A stretch of 64,000 nt of DNA from an uncultured Verrucomicrobiales bacterium (lineage in GTDB: Bacteria; Verrucomicrobiota; Verrucomicrobiia; Limisphaerales; Palsa-1400): NCBI GenBank assembly GCA_903898185.1, contig CAIUEN010000364.1:13394-77393 (forward strand), written 5' to 3'. A program made the position numbers and the translations under genes. Shown one piece after another: positions 8,760-17,861 of the stretch. A model generated the notes under the pieces. The model ran no database searches, had not been told where the DNA came from, and was given only the letters and a program-made list of their open reading frames with translations. Numbering within the stretch: the first letter of the stretch is position 1; each line of letters starts with the position of its first letter.

Positions 8760-9394
8760 CGAAACACTTTAAAACATAGTGCCCCACCACTGGTCAATCT
8801 TTTCTGGTGTAACCTTATTCAAAAGTTATTCACAATCCGGCCCACACCGTGTGGAAAACTCCCTGATCGCAGGCTTTTCGCTCGCAACGGAGCTTGGCGT
8901 AGCGCACCGGGCAGGATTGCCACGGAAATTCAGTGCCTTGCCGTCACAAAAGCCAGATGGGTGTCAGACGCAAGTCAGGAAAATCGAGCGTTTCAACTTG
9001 GAGCCGCAGTTGGATTAACCGCAGAACGCGGAATACGGAATACGCGGAAAGAAGAGGCGCAATTTGATGCCATTCAAATTACTCCAACAGGGCTATTTAA
9101 TTGACTCCACCTGCTTATCCCGTTGGCTCAGGTATGGCTTGTGCCTCTGGGCATGGCTGAATATCGCAAGTCCAGAGTTAGGGTTGTGTGCCCCGTGTGG
9201 CAGCGTGGTACAAATCACGCCAAAGTTCCAATGGAACCGAGGGTGGTGGAACTGGGTCTTTCTTGTTCGCCAGATAAAGCTGTTTGGATAATGTCACTAC
9301 GCAGGCTCTTGCCAGCGCCGCTTGTTAACGACGTTTCGTAACAGATCGCGCACAAGGTTTATCTCTTCGGTTGCAGCGGCGAGTCACACCCTAG

Positions 9395-9489
9395 TACGGC
9401 AAGTCGTAAGTTTATGAGCGATGAATTGGTGGATTCTACTGGGTACAATGAGCATCAATCCGACTCACGAACTTACGAATTACGGTACT
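9395..9489. repeat. family-E palindromic repeat, copy E1
   Basis: The right arm CAATCCGACTCACGAACTTACGAATTACGGTAC is near-identical to the reverse complement of 20761-20790. The left arm is degenerate. It sits immediately 3' of the kinase stop (9492-9494). Confidence 0.6.
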
Positions 9490-9491
9490 AG

Positions 9492-12400
9492 TCACCCCCG
9501 CCGCACTTCGGACAGAATCTGGTTAATGATGTTGAAGAGTGCTTTCAATTCATAAGGTTTGCCCAAGAATGCCTGAGGCAGTTCGGGATGATGGCCGGCC
9601 ATTGCGGCGGCCTTGCTGTAGCCGCTTGATATAATCACGGGGATGCCCGGCGCAAGCTGGCGCAGAGCGGTCAAGGTTTCCCAGCCGTCCATGCGTGGCA
9701 TGCTCAGGTCGCACAGCACACAATCAATCTCGTCACGGTGCTGAAGAAACAATTCCACCGCCTCGACGCCGTCCACGGCGGAGAACACCGTATAACCCTT
9801 GCGCTGGAGCGCGAGCACGACAAACAAGCGCAAACACTCGTCATCATCGACCACCAGCACCGTGTCGTGCCCTGCCTTTTTCGGGGCGGGAACCACCGGC
9901 GCTGGCGGTTGAAACACGGCAACCGCCGACACCGGCAGAAAGACACGGAAGACGCTGCCCCGATCCGGTTCGCTTGTTACCGTGATGCCTCCGCCGTGTT
10001 CCCGCACAATGCCCAAAACCACCGCCAATCCCAGTCCCCGTCCGGTGAACTTGCTGGAATAGAACGGGTCGAAGAGTTTCTCCATGTCCGTAGCCGCGAT
10101 GCCGCAACCAGCGTCCGCCACTTCCAGACAGGCATAGGCAGGGGCTTGCGGCTGCCAATCCACAGGGAAACGGTTCACCACTGGGATGTCGGCGTTGGCA
10201 ACCGGCTTGACGGTCAGTCGAATGTCGCCCGATCCGTCCCTGCTGGCCTCCCAAGCGTTGGTGAGCAGATGGGTGAGCACCTGTTGAATCTGGCTGGTGT
10301 TGGCGTGGATGACCGGGCCGGGTACAGGCAGATCGGTCTTCAAGCCTACGGTTTTCGGCATGCCTGCCGTCAGCAGAGGCAGGCTCCTCTGGCAGGTTTC
10401 CGAAAGATCCAGCGTCTCATGTTCGACATGGGTTTGGCCGAGGTAGGTCAGCATTTGGTCGCCAATTCCCGCCGCCTTGCGGGCGGACTGCAATGCTTCG
10501 GTCAGATTGGTGTCGGGAACCGCGTTTTGGGGCTGATCCTCTATGGCCAGCTCCAAGCCCATCATCACCGTTTGGAGCTGGTTGTTGAGATTGTGAGCGA
10601 CGGCTCCGGCCATGCGCCGGAGGCTTTCGGACTTTTGGAGTTGAAATTGCTGATTGAGGGCTTGCAGTCTGGCCTGCTCCGCCTCCGCCCGCTTGCGCGC
10701 GGTGATGTCGCGGGCGGCGGCAAAGACGCCCAATACCTGACCATGGGCATCCCGATAGACCGTGGCGTTGTAGAGCACATCCGTAACGCGTCCGGAGATA
10801 TGCCGGATAGCCAGCGGATAGTCGCGCACGAAACCCTCCGCGAACACCTGCTGATAGCCGGCCCGCGCTTGCGCCGGTTCGGTAAAGTAATCCGAAAAAT
10901 CCGTGCCGATGAGCTGTTCGCGAGGCACGCCGGTCACCTGCGCGGAAGCGTCATTAACGTCCGTGATCTTTCCTTCGACGCTGATGGTGACGAGCGGGTC
11001 GAGACTGGCTTCGAGGAGGCTGCGCGCATACGCCGCCGCCGTTCGCAACGCCGCCTCGGTCAACTTGAGCGAGGTGATGTCGGCAAAGGTGGTCACCACG
11101 GACGCCGGACGGTCCTCGCCGGGATTCAAGATGGGTTGGGCGTTGACGTTAATCCATTTCTGCGTGCCGTCGGGTAGGCGCAAGCCCATCGTCACATTCT
11201 GGCAGGGCTGGCCGGTGCGCAGGCTCACCATCGCCGGGTGCTCCTCGCCGGCGAAAGGCCGTCCATCCTCCAACACCGCCCGCCAGCTCGGATCCACGGA
11301 GGTTTTCCCCATGATTTCGTCCCGGCTCAAGCCGAGGATGCTTTCCGCGCTCGGGTTGCAGTCGGTAATGGCGCCATCCGCCGACTGCACCACCAGTCCC
11401 TCGCCCATGTTGGCCATGATGGCCCGCAACCGGGATTCGTTTTTTTCCAGCGCCAACTCCGCCAGTTTGCGCTCGGTAATGTTATCAAAAATGGCGGCAA
11501 AACAGCCCTCGCCCGCCCACGCCGCCGACACGACCAGCCAACGCGTCAAAGGGGCAAGGTACATTTCAAATCTCTTCGGTTGGCCTGTCAATACGACACG
11601 CCCGTAGATCTCAAACAACTCGGGATTGGATTCTTTAATGTCGGGAATGACCTCCGTCACCGGCTTGCCGGTCACATTGCGCAATCCGGTCAAATGTTCG
11701 AAAGCCGGGTTGACGGCGAGGTAAACAAAGTCCACCGGTCGCTGCTGGTCGTCAAAAACCATCCGGCAATAGGAGAAACCATTCAACATCGTCCTGATGA
11801 GGGAGCGATAGCGTTCCTCACTTTTCCGGAGCGCGTCCTCCGTCCGCCGACGCTTGGTGACGTCGCGGGCGGCGGCATAGATCAACTGGCCAACGGGCAA
11901 GGCCCTCCACTCGATCCAACGGTAGGAACCGTCATTGCAACGATAGCGATTCTCAAAATTGAGAACAGTCGCGTTCGCCGCCAGTTGCGTCATTATGGCG
12001 CGGGTGGCTTCCAGATCATCCGGGTGGATAAAATCCCAAAAACGCCGACCGGTCAGATCGGCCAGGGAATACCCCAAAGTCTTTTCCCATTCGGGGTTCA
12101 AGCGGCGGAAATAAGCGTCCGCGTCGGCAATGCATAGCAAATCGAGACTGGTATTGAAGAAGCGGTTCAATTCGGCGGTGCGTTCCTCCACCTGTTGTTC
12201 CAGATTGACCTTGCTGGCTTGCAACGCTGCCTGCTGCCAGCGGTTTTCCAGGATGATGGCCAGCGCATTGCCCAGGTTTTGGATGAAGGGTTCGTATTTG
12301 ACATAATCACTCTCCCTGTCAACCGTCAGGATCAGATAGCCATAAGTTCGGACCACGGTTTCCAGGGGATAAGCCCGGACATGATCCTGTTCTGCCAAGC

Positions 12401-12671
12401 CACAGACGTATTGGTCGGTTTTCATCTGTGGGCCCAGCCGCTGGGGGCAAAGCTGGCAGGTTTTCGCCCGCACATCGCCAATCGGCCCGACGAGATTCCG
12501 AAAACAGAGGCTTACGGCCTGGCATCCCGGAACGCCCGTGAGCAAGGGCGCCAGAAAATTCCCAATTTTCTCCTCGGATGGAAAAACGTAAATCAGGCTG
12601 GTGGCAGACACGATTTGCCCGACGACCTTTAGATCAATGTCCGCGCTTGTGTCCATAACGTGCCAAGTCAT
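9492..12671 (-). CDS. hybrid sensor histidine kinase (Cys-rich GAF-like N-terminus, about 5 PAS/PAC modules, HisKA, HATPase_c, C-terminal receiver)
   Basis: 1059 aa. It has repeated PAS/PAC signatures, an H-box at AGAVAHNLNNQL, an ATPase with DAGCGI...GRGLGL, and a receiver with VLVVDDDE...VLCDLSMPRMDG...IISSGY. I see no TM segment, so it is likely cytoplasmic. Confidence 0.9.
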   Translation of the reverse strand: MTWHVMDTSADIDLKVVGQIVSATSLIYVFPSEEKIGNFLAPLLTGVPGCQAVSLCFRNLVGPIGDVRAKTCQLCPQRLGPQMKTDQYVCGLAEQDHVRAYPLETVVRTYGYLILTVDRESDYVKYEPFIQNLGNALAIILENRWQQAALQASKVNLEQQVEERTAELNRFFNTSLDLLCIADADAYFRRLNPEWEKTLGYSLADLTGRRFWDFIHPDDLEATRAIMTQLAANATVLNFENRYRCNDGSYRWIEWRALPVGQLIYAAARDVTKRRRTEDALRKSEERYRSLIRTMLNGFSYCRMVFDDQQRPVDFVYLAVNPAFEHLTGLRNVTGKPVTEVIPDIKESNPELFEIYGRVVLTGQPKRFEMYLAPLTRWLVVSAAWAGEGCFAAIFDNITERKLAELALEKNESRLRAIMANMGEGLVVQSADGAITDCNPSAESILGLSRDEIMGKTSVDPSWRAVLEDGRPFAGEEHPAMVSLRTGQPCQNVTMGLRLPDGTQKWINVNAQPILNPGEDRPASVVTTFADITSLKLTEAALRTAAAYARSLLEASLDPLVTISVEGKITDVNDASAQVTGVPREQLIGTDFSDYFTEPAQARAGYQQVFAEGFVRDYPLAIRHISGRVTDVLYNATVYRDAHGQVLGVFAAARDITARKRAEAEQARLQALNQQFQLQKSESLRRMAGAVAHNLNNQLQTVMMGLELAIEDQPQNAVPDTNLTEALQSARKAAGIGDQMLTYLGQTHVEHETLDLSETCQRSLPLLTAGMPKTVGLKTDLPVPGPVIHANTSQIQQVLTHLLTNAWEASRDGSGDIRLTVKPVANADIPVVNRFPVDWQPQAPAYACLEVADAGCGIAATDMEKLFDPFYSSKFTGRGLGLAVVLGIVREHGGGITVTSEPDRGSVFRVFLPVSAVAVFQPPAPVVPAPKKAGHDTVLVVDDDECLRLFVVLALQRKGYTVFSAVDGVEAVELFLQHRDEIDCVLCDLSMPRMDGWETLTALRQLAPGIPVIISSGYSKAAAMAGHHPELPQAFLGKPYELKALFNIINQILSEVRRG

Positions 12672-13294
12672 TACCTCCTATGATAATCTTTCAAGAAATC
12701 CTGCGGCTTCATGTAAAACGGGTTATGCGCGATCTGCCCATGCACCACCATCATCGGATGAACTTTTAACACATCCAGGATGGTCGCCCCGCTGAACCGG
12801 TTGGCATCATACTGGCAAATGGCCGTCACCGGGTGTGTAACCATAACTTCATTAACCAAAGCTTCATATTCCATCAGGCGATCCGATCCGGGAATGCTCC
12901 TTAACGCCCAAGCCATTTCCCCGCTGACGCGGGCGTTCGGATACCCTTCATTTATTGCCTGTCCATAAAATTCCCGTAGCGTCTGCAACATGATTTCGGG
13001 AACAAACGCGCCGGACGAACAATAGGTGTTTGCAGCGTCGCCAATGGAAAAGCCGCCATTGCACGGGAGTCCCACGCCCATATTCTGCAACCATGCCCGA
13101 ACCTCTTCCGGCTTCATGGCGTCAGCAAAATACGCCACTTTCTCTTTGGCCCGCAGTCCGCTTTCCAGGAATTTCCCAATGATGGTACGCCGCTCAAAGT
13201 CATCGGAGTAGATCAGGCACATGTGGGTTCCGGCGGGGAAAGGTTTGGGCGTGAAACCCATCGGGGTCAGGTTGGTTGAATTGTTTGGGTGCAT
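12671..13294 (-). CDS. MEDS-domain protein (putative sensory partner of the downstream kinase)
   Basis: I trimmed the ORF 12671..13423 to the ATG at 13292-13294 (MHPNNS...). HMCLIYSDDFERRTIIGKFLESGL...KVAYFAD...ICQYD resembles the MEDS family. Its TAA stop (12671-12673) overlaps the kinase ATG (12669-12671) in a GGAGGTAATG context. Confidence 0.65.
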   Translation of the reverse strand: MHPNNSTNLTPMGFTPKPFPAGTHMCLIYSDDFERRTIIGKFLESGLRAKEKVAYFADAMKPEEVRAWLQNMGVGLPCNGGFSIGDAANTYCSSGAFVPEIMLQTLREFYGQAINEGYPNARVSGEMAWALRSIPGSDRLMEYEALVNEVMVTHPVTAICQYDANRFSGATILDVLKVHPMMVVHGQIAHNPFYMKPQDFLKDYHRR

Positions 13295-13631
13295 GATATT
13301 CAAGTGGCAGTTGGTGTGCTCGAAATCAGAGTTTGCAAAGGACCATGCGTGTCGGCAAAAACGGGCGTGCCGCCCATGATTTCCGAGGCGAAGCGGGCGA
13401 TGCCTTTTAAAGCTTCCATACAAAGAAGCATAATCCTGTCGGCGAATTTATCAACTGGCAAACCTCAGCAATTCTCATTTTGACTCTTTGCGTGACATTT
13501 TCTTGCGCAAAACTGCCCCAATCGTGCATAAATCTTAAGAAACACGCCGCAAATCGACACGCAAATCGACAAAAAGCGTCAAGATCGAGTCATAATAAGA
13601 ATTGCTGCAATTTGCATAATTAGAATTGATG

Positions 13632-13651
13632 TATGCTACGTGAATAGTTAC
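13632..13651 (-). repeat. solo terminus of a family-A element (GTATGCTACGTGAATAGTTAC)
   Basis: It matches the reverse complement of the A left end GTAACTATTCACGTAGCATA. The rest of the element is absent. Confidence 0.45.
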
Positions 13652-13688
13652 GTTTGTGAATTGTTAGTGAAACGAAATTTTGGATATT

Positions 13689-14030
13689 ATGATGAAATTA
13701 GAATTCAAATACAGAAACGCTGGGAAAATCCGTGAGGCTTTACTGTCAGCAGCATCGAGTCTTCGGTATTTGTGTTGCAGTGTCGCTGCGCTGCTTGTCC
13801 TATCCCTTGGCTGTGGCGCCGCTCGCGCTAGTATTGCCTATGGAAGCATCAATAATTTCGACACCGTGAATGACACTGGAGTTCCAGCGTACGGTTTTGA
13901 GATTGAACTGGACGATATTCATAGCGCGGACATCAGTTACACCTACGATTGGAACCACTACGGCACTAATTATCAAGCGACAATTCCAATCACAGGTGTC
14001 ATGCGCTTCCTTCGGTTGATGCATCCGTGA
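13689..14030 (+). CDS. small hypothetical secreted protein (possibly a gene fragment)
   Basis: ATGs at 13689 and 13692 precede a signal peptide (LCCSVAALLVLSLGCGAARA), then SIAYGSINNFDTVNDTGVPAYGFEIELDD.... The ORF ends 9 nt before a family-A-type terminus at 14040. It lies in a low-GC region. Coding status is uncertain. Confidence 0.35.
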   Translation: MMKLEFKYRNAGKIREALLSAASSLRYLCCSVAALLVLSLGCGAARASIAYGSINNFDTVNDTGVPAYGFEIELDDIHSADISYTYDWNHYGTNYQATIPITGVMRFLRLMHP

Positions 14031-14039
14031 TGCTGTTTG

Positions 14040-14132
14040 GTAACTATTCACGTAGGACCCGACGTAAGAAGGCTTGATGTGTTATGACTGCGCATCTGCG
14101 TGATTTGAGCCTCCTTGCGTCGGCTCCTGCCT
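14040..14132 (+). repeat. family-A-like element with the same termini but a different core
   Basis: It has GTAACTATTCACGTAG at 14040-14055 and CCTGAATAGTTAG at the right end. The interior forms its own imperfect hairpin (CGACGTAAGAAGGC / GCCTCCTTGCGTCG). Confidence 0.5.
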
Positions 14133-14142
14133 GAATAGTTAG

Positions 14143-14832
14143 ATGCGCTCACTTATGGCCGGAGAAAACACAAACCACAGTCCAATCGATTCTGAGTTGG
14201 TGGCGCAAGCAAAATCCGGCGATCTTGCTGCGTTTGAATCGCTCGTTTGTCGCCACGAGCGTCACGCCTATTCGCTTGCGCTGAGAATTGTGCGCCATGA
14301 GCACGATGCTCAAGACGCGACACAGCAAGGCTTTCTCAGTGCCGTGGAGCATCTGAAGGATTTTCGTGAGGATTCCGGTTTTGCCACATGGTTGATGCGT
14401 GTCATGACCAACGCCGCGCTCAAGATTCTGAGAAAACGGTTGGGGTTGAATGTCGTTTCGATTGAGGAACATGCTGAGCTTCAGGATGAATTCGACTCGG
14501 TTCCCCATCCCGATTACATTGCCGACTGGCGTGAATCCCCATCGGTTTTGGTCGAGCGCAATGACACCCTTGCCATTATTGAGACAGCCTTGGGGCAATT
14601 GGACGAAAACCATCGACTGGTCTTTCTTTTGCGCGACGTTGAGGGGCTTTCTGTTCTTGAAACCGCACAAACCCTGGGTATCAGCGAGAACAATGTGAAG
14701 GTTAGGTTGTTACGGAGCCGGTTGCGGTTGCGTGAAATGCTAACGGAGAAGTTCGGCGACCCTTCTCGTCAGGTCAAGCGTGATCCCAATCATGCGCATG
14801 CGAACTTTCCAGCGGATAGAAAGAAAGTGTAA
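14143..14832 (+). CDS. ECF-type RNA polymerase sigma factor (sigma-70 family, group 4)
   Basis: 229 aa. Region 2 reads AFESLVCRHERHAYSLALRIVRHEHDAQDATQQGFLSAVEHLKDF...FATWLMRVMTNAAL. Region 4 reads HRLVFLLRDVEGLSVLETAQTLGISENNVKVRLLRSR. The TAA stop at 14830-14832 lies inside the GTAAC terminus of repeat A2. Confidence 0.85.
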   Translation: MRSLMAGENTNHSPIDSELVAQAKSGDLAAFESLVCRHERHAYSLALRIVRHEHDAQDATQQGFLSAVEHLKDFREDSGFATWLMRVMTNAALKILRKRLGLNVVSIEEHAELQDEFDSVPHPDYIADWRESPSVLVERNDTLAIIETALGQLDENHRLVFLLRDVEGLSVLETAQTLGISENNVKVRLLRSRLRLREMLTEKFGDPSRQVKRDPNHAHANFPADRKKV

Positions 14833-14926
14833 CTGTTCACGTAGCATAGGCATCCTTGCCTGTGCCCCTTCCCCCCCGGCGAGCGTCAGCGAGACGCTAA
14901 TTCATCCCTCTAACCCGAACAGTTAC
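14829..14926 (+). mobile_element. family-A MITE copy A2
   Basis: This is a full-length copy (GTAACTGTTCACGTAGCATAGGCATCCTTGCCTGTGCCCC...GAGCGTCAGCGAGACGCTAAT...CCGAACAGTTAC). Confidence 0.85.
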
Positions 14927-14932
14927 TTTTTT

Positions 14933-15023
14933 ATAATTATTCAGAGGGAGAAATTAGCGTCTCGCTGACGCTCGCCGGAAAGAGGAACACAGGCAAGGAT
15001 CCCTATGCTACCTGAAAAGTTAC
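14933..15023 (-). mobile_element. family-A MITE copy A3 (inverted, tail-to-tail with A2)
   Basis: TCAGAGGGAGAAATTAGCGTCTCGCTGACGCTCGCCGG...CACAGGCAAGGATCCCTATGCTACCTGAAAAGTTAC is the reverse complement of the A consensus. Confidence 0.8.
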
Positions 15024-15292
15024 GAAAGAAATGGCCGTCTGTTTCAATCGCTATCATATATTATTGAAGGGCAACGGCTTGCATCCATTTGTAACTTTTT
15101 CACCTGTTGTGGCTCAATATAAGAAGGCGGAAAACTGTTTATAAGCCTGAGGTGTGGCAATGCGGGATTAGCCCGCATTATCCGATAAAATAAATCCGGT
15201 TAAACAGTGTGTGTTGGAACGATAAGTGCTTATAATAAAATTGATAAATTTTAAAATCGAAAAATTAGAACCGAACGCAAACGAAACTTTAT

Positions 15293-17833
15293 ATGCAGTC
15301 AGCAACTGTTAACCAATCCTACCATATGCGAACTTTGAAAACGATCTGCATGGCTGCGGCCCTTGCTGTTCCAGTCTCTCTACCGGCGGCGGACTCGGTG
15401 CTGCTTGGGTGGAACAATCTCGGCATGCATTGCATGGACAGCGATTACTCGGTGTTCTCCATCCTGCCTCCGTATAACACAATCGAAGCTCAGTTGGTGG
15501 TGGGCGGCAAGCTGCTCAAAACCAACACCGGATATTCAGTCACCTACGAAGCCATCGCGGATCCAGACGGCTCAATCAATTCAACGTCGGCTGGCAAGGG
15601 AAATTTTTACTCTTTTACAGCGGCTCTGTACGGCGCTCTTGCGACGGACCATGGATTGGCCGGATGGGGGATGCCGGGGGCTGCAAATCAGCCGCAGTCA
15701 ATGCTTTTCGAAAATACAAATCACCCGGCCACCGGAGTGGCAATGAGAGTGGACTGGTTTCGCGCGGAAGGGATTCCGATTACTCCCTACGACAACGCCA
15801 TGAAAAAGAACTCCTATCCGATGATGCGGTTGGTAGCGCGCAATGCGGCCAAAGCGATCATTGCGACCAATGACATCGTTCTGCCGGTGTCCGATGAGAT
15901 GGATTGCCGGGCATGTCACGCGTCTGGTTCGCCTGTCGCCGCAAGACCGGCGGCAGGGTGGGTGAACGATGCAAATCCCGAGCGCGATTACCGTCTAAAC
16001 GTTTTACGCCTCCATGACGAGAAGGAGTTTTCGTTGCATTCGGCGGACTACTCGGCAGCGCTCGCGACGGCGGGGTTGAACCCGGAGGGGCTTTATGCCA
16101 ACGTAGCATCCGATGGCAGGCCAATTCTTTGCGCAGGGTGCCATGCATCCGAAGCTTTGGGGACGGCAAGCATTGGAAAAATCCCGTCCCTGACAGCATC
16201 CATTCATTCGTTGCATGCCGGTGTGATGGATCCGGTTCTTAACATGCCCATGGACAGCTCTGCAAACCGGGCCGCCTGTTATCGCTGCCATCCGGGCTCG
16301 ACCACCAAATGCTTGCGTGGCGCGATGGGCAGCGCTGTCGCCGCCGATGGCTCAATGGCCATGCAATGCCAAAGCTGCCATGGCAGCATGACGCAGGTGG
16401 GCGCGGCTAACCGGGTTGGCTGGTTCATGGAACCTAATTGCCAAAGCTGCCACACGGGCACCGCGAAACGCAACAATGGCCAGATTCGTTATACATCCGT
16501 ATTTGACGCGAGCGGCAATACCCGCCTCCCGGCAGACACGACATTCGCCACCACGCCAAACACTCCGGCTGCGGGAATCTCCCTTTATCGTTTTTCAGTT
16601 GGACACGGCGGTCTTCAATGCTCCGCCTGCCACGGTTCGACTCACGCCGAATTTCCAGCTTCGCATCGCAACGACAATGTTCGGAATATCGAACTGCAAG
16701 GGCATGCCGGAGTTTTATCAGAATGCGCCGTATGCCACACCACCGTGCCCAGCACCGTTAACGGCGGCCCCCATGGGATGCATCCTGTTGGACAGTCGTG
16801 GGTACGACAACACCACGATTCGGTTGAGAGTGCCGGCGCGGCAGCGTGTCAATCATGTCATGGCGTCGATTATCGTGGAACCGTTCTGTCACGCTCACAG
16901 GCGGACCGATCTCTCAGCGCTTTTGGGACGCAGACCTTCTTCCGCGGAGCCATCATCGGTTGCTACACCTGCCATTCCGGCCCGTCCAATGACGATGCGA
17001 ACAGCAGCCTGGCGCCTGTGGTTTCAAGCGTTTCCGCCAGCACTTGGACAGGTCATTCAGTGTCGTTTACATTGCCGGTCTCCGGCGCGAATGCAACGTT
17101 GCGAATCATCTCCCAGCCCGCACATGGCACTGCCGGTTTGAGCAATTCCACAGCCACCTATTTTCCAGATTCTGGGTTTGCTGGATCTGATTCGTTCACG
17201 TTTGCGGCATACGATGGATCAAAGAATTCGATACTGGCGACCGCCACAATCACGGTGACAACAAATCCCCCTGTGGCGCCCGTGATTACAAAGGCACCGG
17301 CTGGCGTGACGGTGTCTCCAGGCGCCACGGTTGTCTTCAGTGCAACCGCCACTGGCACAGCACCTTTGCGTTATCAATGGTTCAAGAATGGCGCTTCAAT
17401 TCCATCGGCGACCAACACAACATTGACGCTGACTGCCGTGACCGCCTCCAGCGCGGGAAACTACTCTGTTAGCGTCAGTAACGCCGCCGGATCGGTCTTG
17501 AGCGCGACTGCGACACTGACGGTGAAGACAACCCCAATTACTGTAAAACTGACAAGTCCCGCTGCGAACGCTTCCTATGCTGCTCCCGCGTCTGTGCGTC
17601 TGACGGCTTCCGCGTTGCCGGTTGCCAGTGTCGCCCAAGTTCAGTTTTATGATGCCGGGACATTACTGGGATCTGCGAGTACCACTCCATTCACAATCAC
17701 TGCAAATCTAAAAGCGGGCGTTCATGTCTTGACCGCGAGGGCGATCAATGGAAGCGGCGTTACATACACCTCGCCGTCAGTTCGTGTCACGGTGACGCAG
17801 CCAGCAGTGGTTTCGCGAGCGGCTCGAAACTAA
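15293..17833 (+). CDS. secreted multiheme (nine CxxCH) c-type cytochrome with three C-terminal Ig-like/beta-sandwich modules
   Basis: 846 aa with a signal peptide (MRTLKTICMAAALAVPVSLPA). An alternative start is the ATG at 15326. The nine heme motifs are CRACH, CAGCH, CYRCH, CQSCH, CQSCH, CSACH, CAVCH, CQSCH and CYTCH (about nt 15905-16975). The C-terminus carries an I-set-like module (...TGTAPLRYQWFKNGASIPSATNTTLTLTAVTASSAGNYSVSVSNAAGS...) flanked by two further Ig/cadherin-like modules. Confidence 0.85.
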   Translation: MQSATVNQSYHMRTLKTICMAAALAVPVSLPAADSVLLGWNNLGMHCMDSDYSVFSILPPYNTIEAQLVVGGKLLKTNTGYSVTYEAIADPDGSINSTSAGKGNFYSFTAALYGALATDHGLAGWGMPGAANQPQSMLFENTNHPATGVAMRVDWFRAEGIPITPYDNAMKKNSYPMMRLVARNAAKAIIATNDIVLPVSDEMDCRACHASGSPVAARPAAGWVNDANPERDYRLNVLRLHDEKEFSLHSADYSAALATAGLNPEGLYANVASDGRPILCAGCHASEALGTASIGKIPSLTASIHSLHAGVMDPVLNMPMDSSANRAACYRCHPGSTTKCLRGAMGSAVAADGSMAMQCQSCHGSMTQVGAANRVGWFMEPNCQSCHTGTAKRNNGQIRYTSVFDASGNTRLPADTTFATTPNTPAAGISLYRFSVGHGGLQCSACHGSTHAEFPASHRNDNVRNIELQGHAGVLSECAVCHTTVPSTVNGGPHGMHPVGQSWVRQHHDSVESAGAAACQSCHGVDYRGTVLSRSQADRSLSAFGTQTFFRGAIIGCYTCHSGPSNDDANSSLAPVVSSVSASTWTGHSVSFTLPVSGANATLRIISQPAHGTAGLSNSTATYFPDSGFAGSDSFTFAAYDGSKNSILATATITVTTNPPVAPVITKAPAGVTVSPGATVVFSATATGTAPLRYQWFKNGASIPSATNTTLTLTAVTASSAGNYSVSVSNAAGSVLSATATLTVKTTPITVKLTSPAANASYAAPASVRLTASALPVASVAQVQFYDAGTLLGSASTTPFTITANLKAGVHVLTARAINGSGVTYTSPSVRVTVTQPAVVSRAARN

Positions 17834-17861
17834 GCGTTTGAGCAGGGACAATCGACGTAAG

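Noticed and set aside
8753-8787. Two GTGGGG motifs on the coding strand, 29 bp apart, upstream of or overlapping the mraZ start. I considered them as possible MraZ operator repeats.
   Set aside because: There are only two short motifs, the spacing is not the ~10-bp phasing described for E. coli MraZ boxes, and one may lie inside the CDS. The evidence is insufficient.
9738-11177. A 479-aa ORF on the plus strand, antisense to the multi-PAS kinase.
   Set aside because: Its product is Arg/Gly/His-rich and low-complexity, with no motifs. It lies wholly inside a well-supported minus-strand gene. This is the typical shadow ORF of a high-GC coding region.
15160-15230. A hairpin (AATGCGGGATTAGCCCGCATT) and a GGAAC / TATAAT-like string upstream of the cytochrome gene, considered as a terminator plus an ECF or sigma-70 promoter.
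   Set aside because: The hairpin has no T-run. The GGAAC has no matching ECF -10 element at the right spacing. The TATAAT has no acceptable -35 at 16-18 nt. This is too weak to call.
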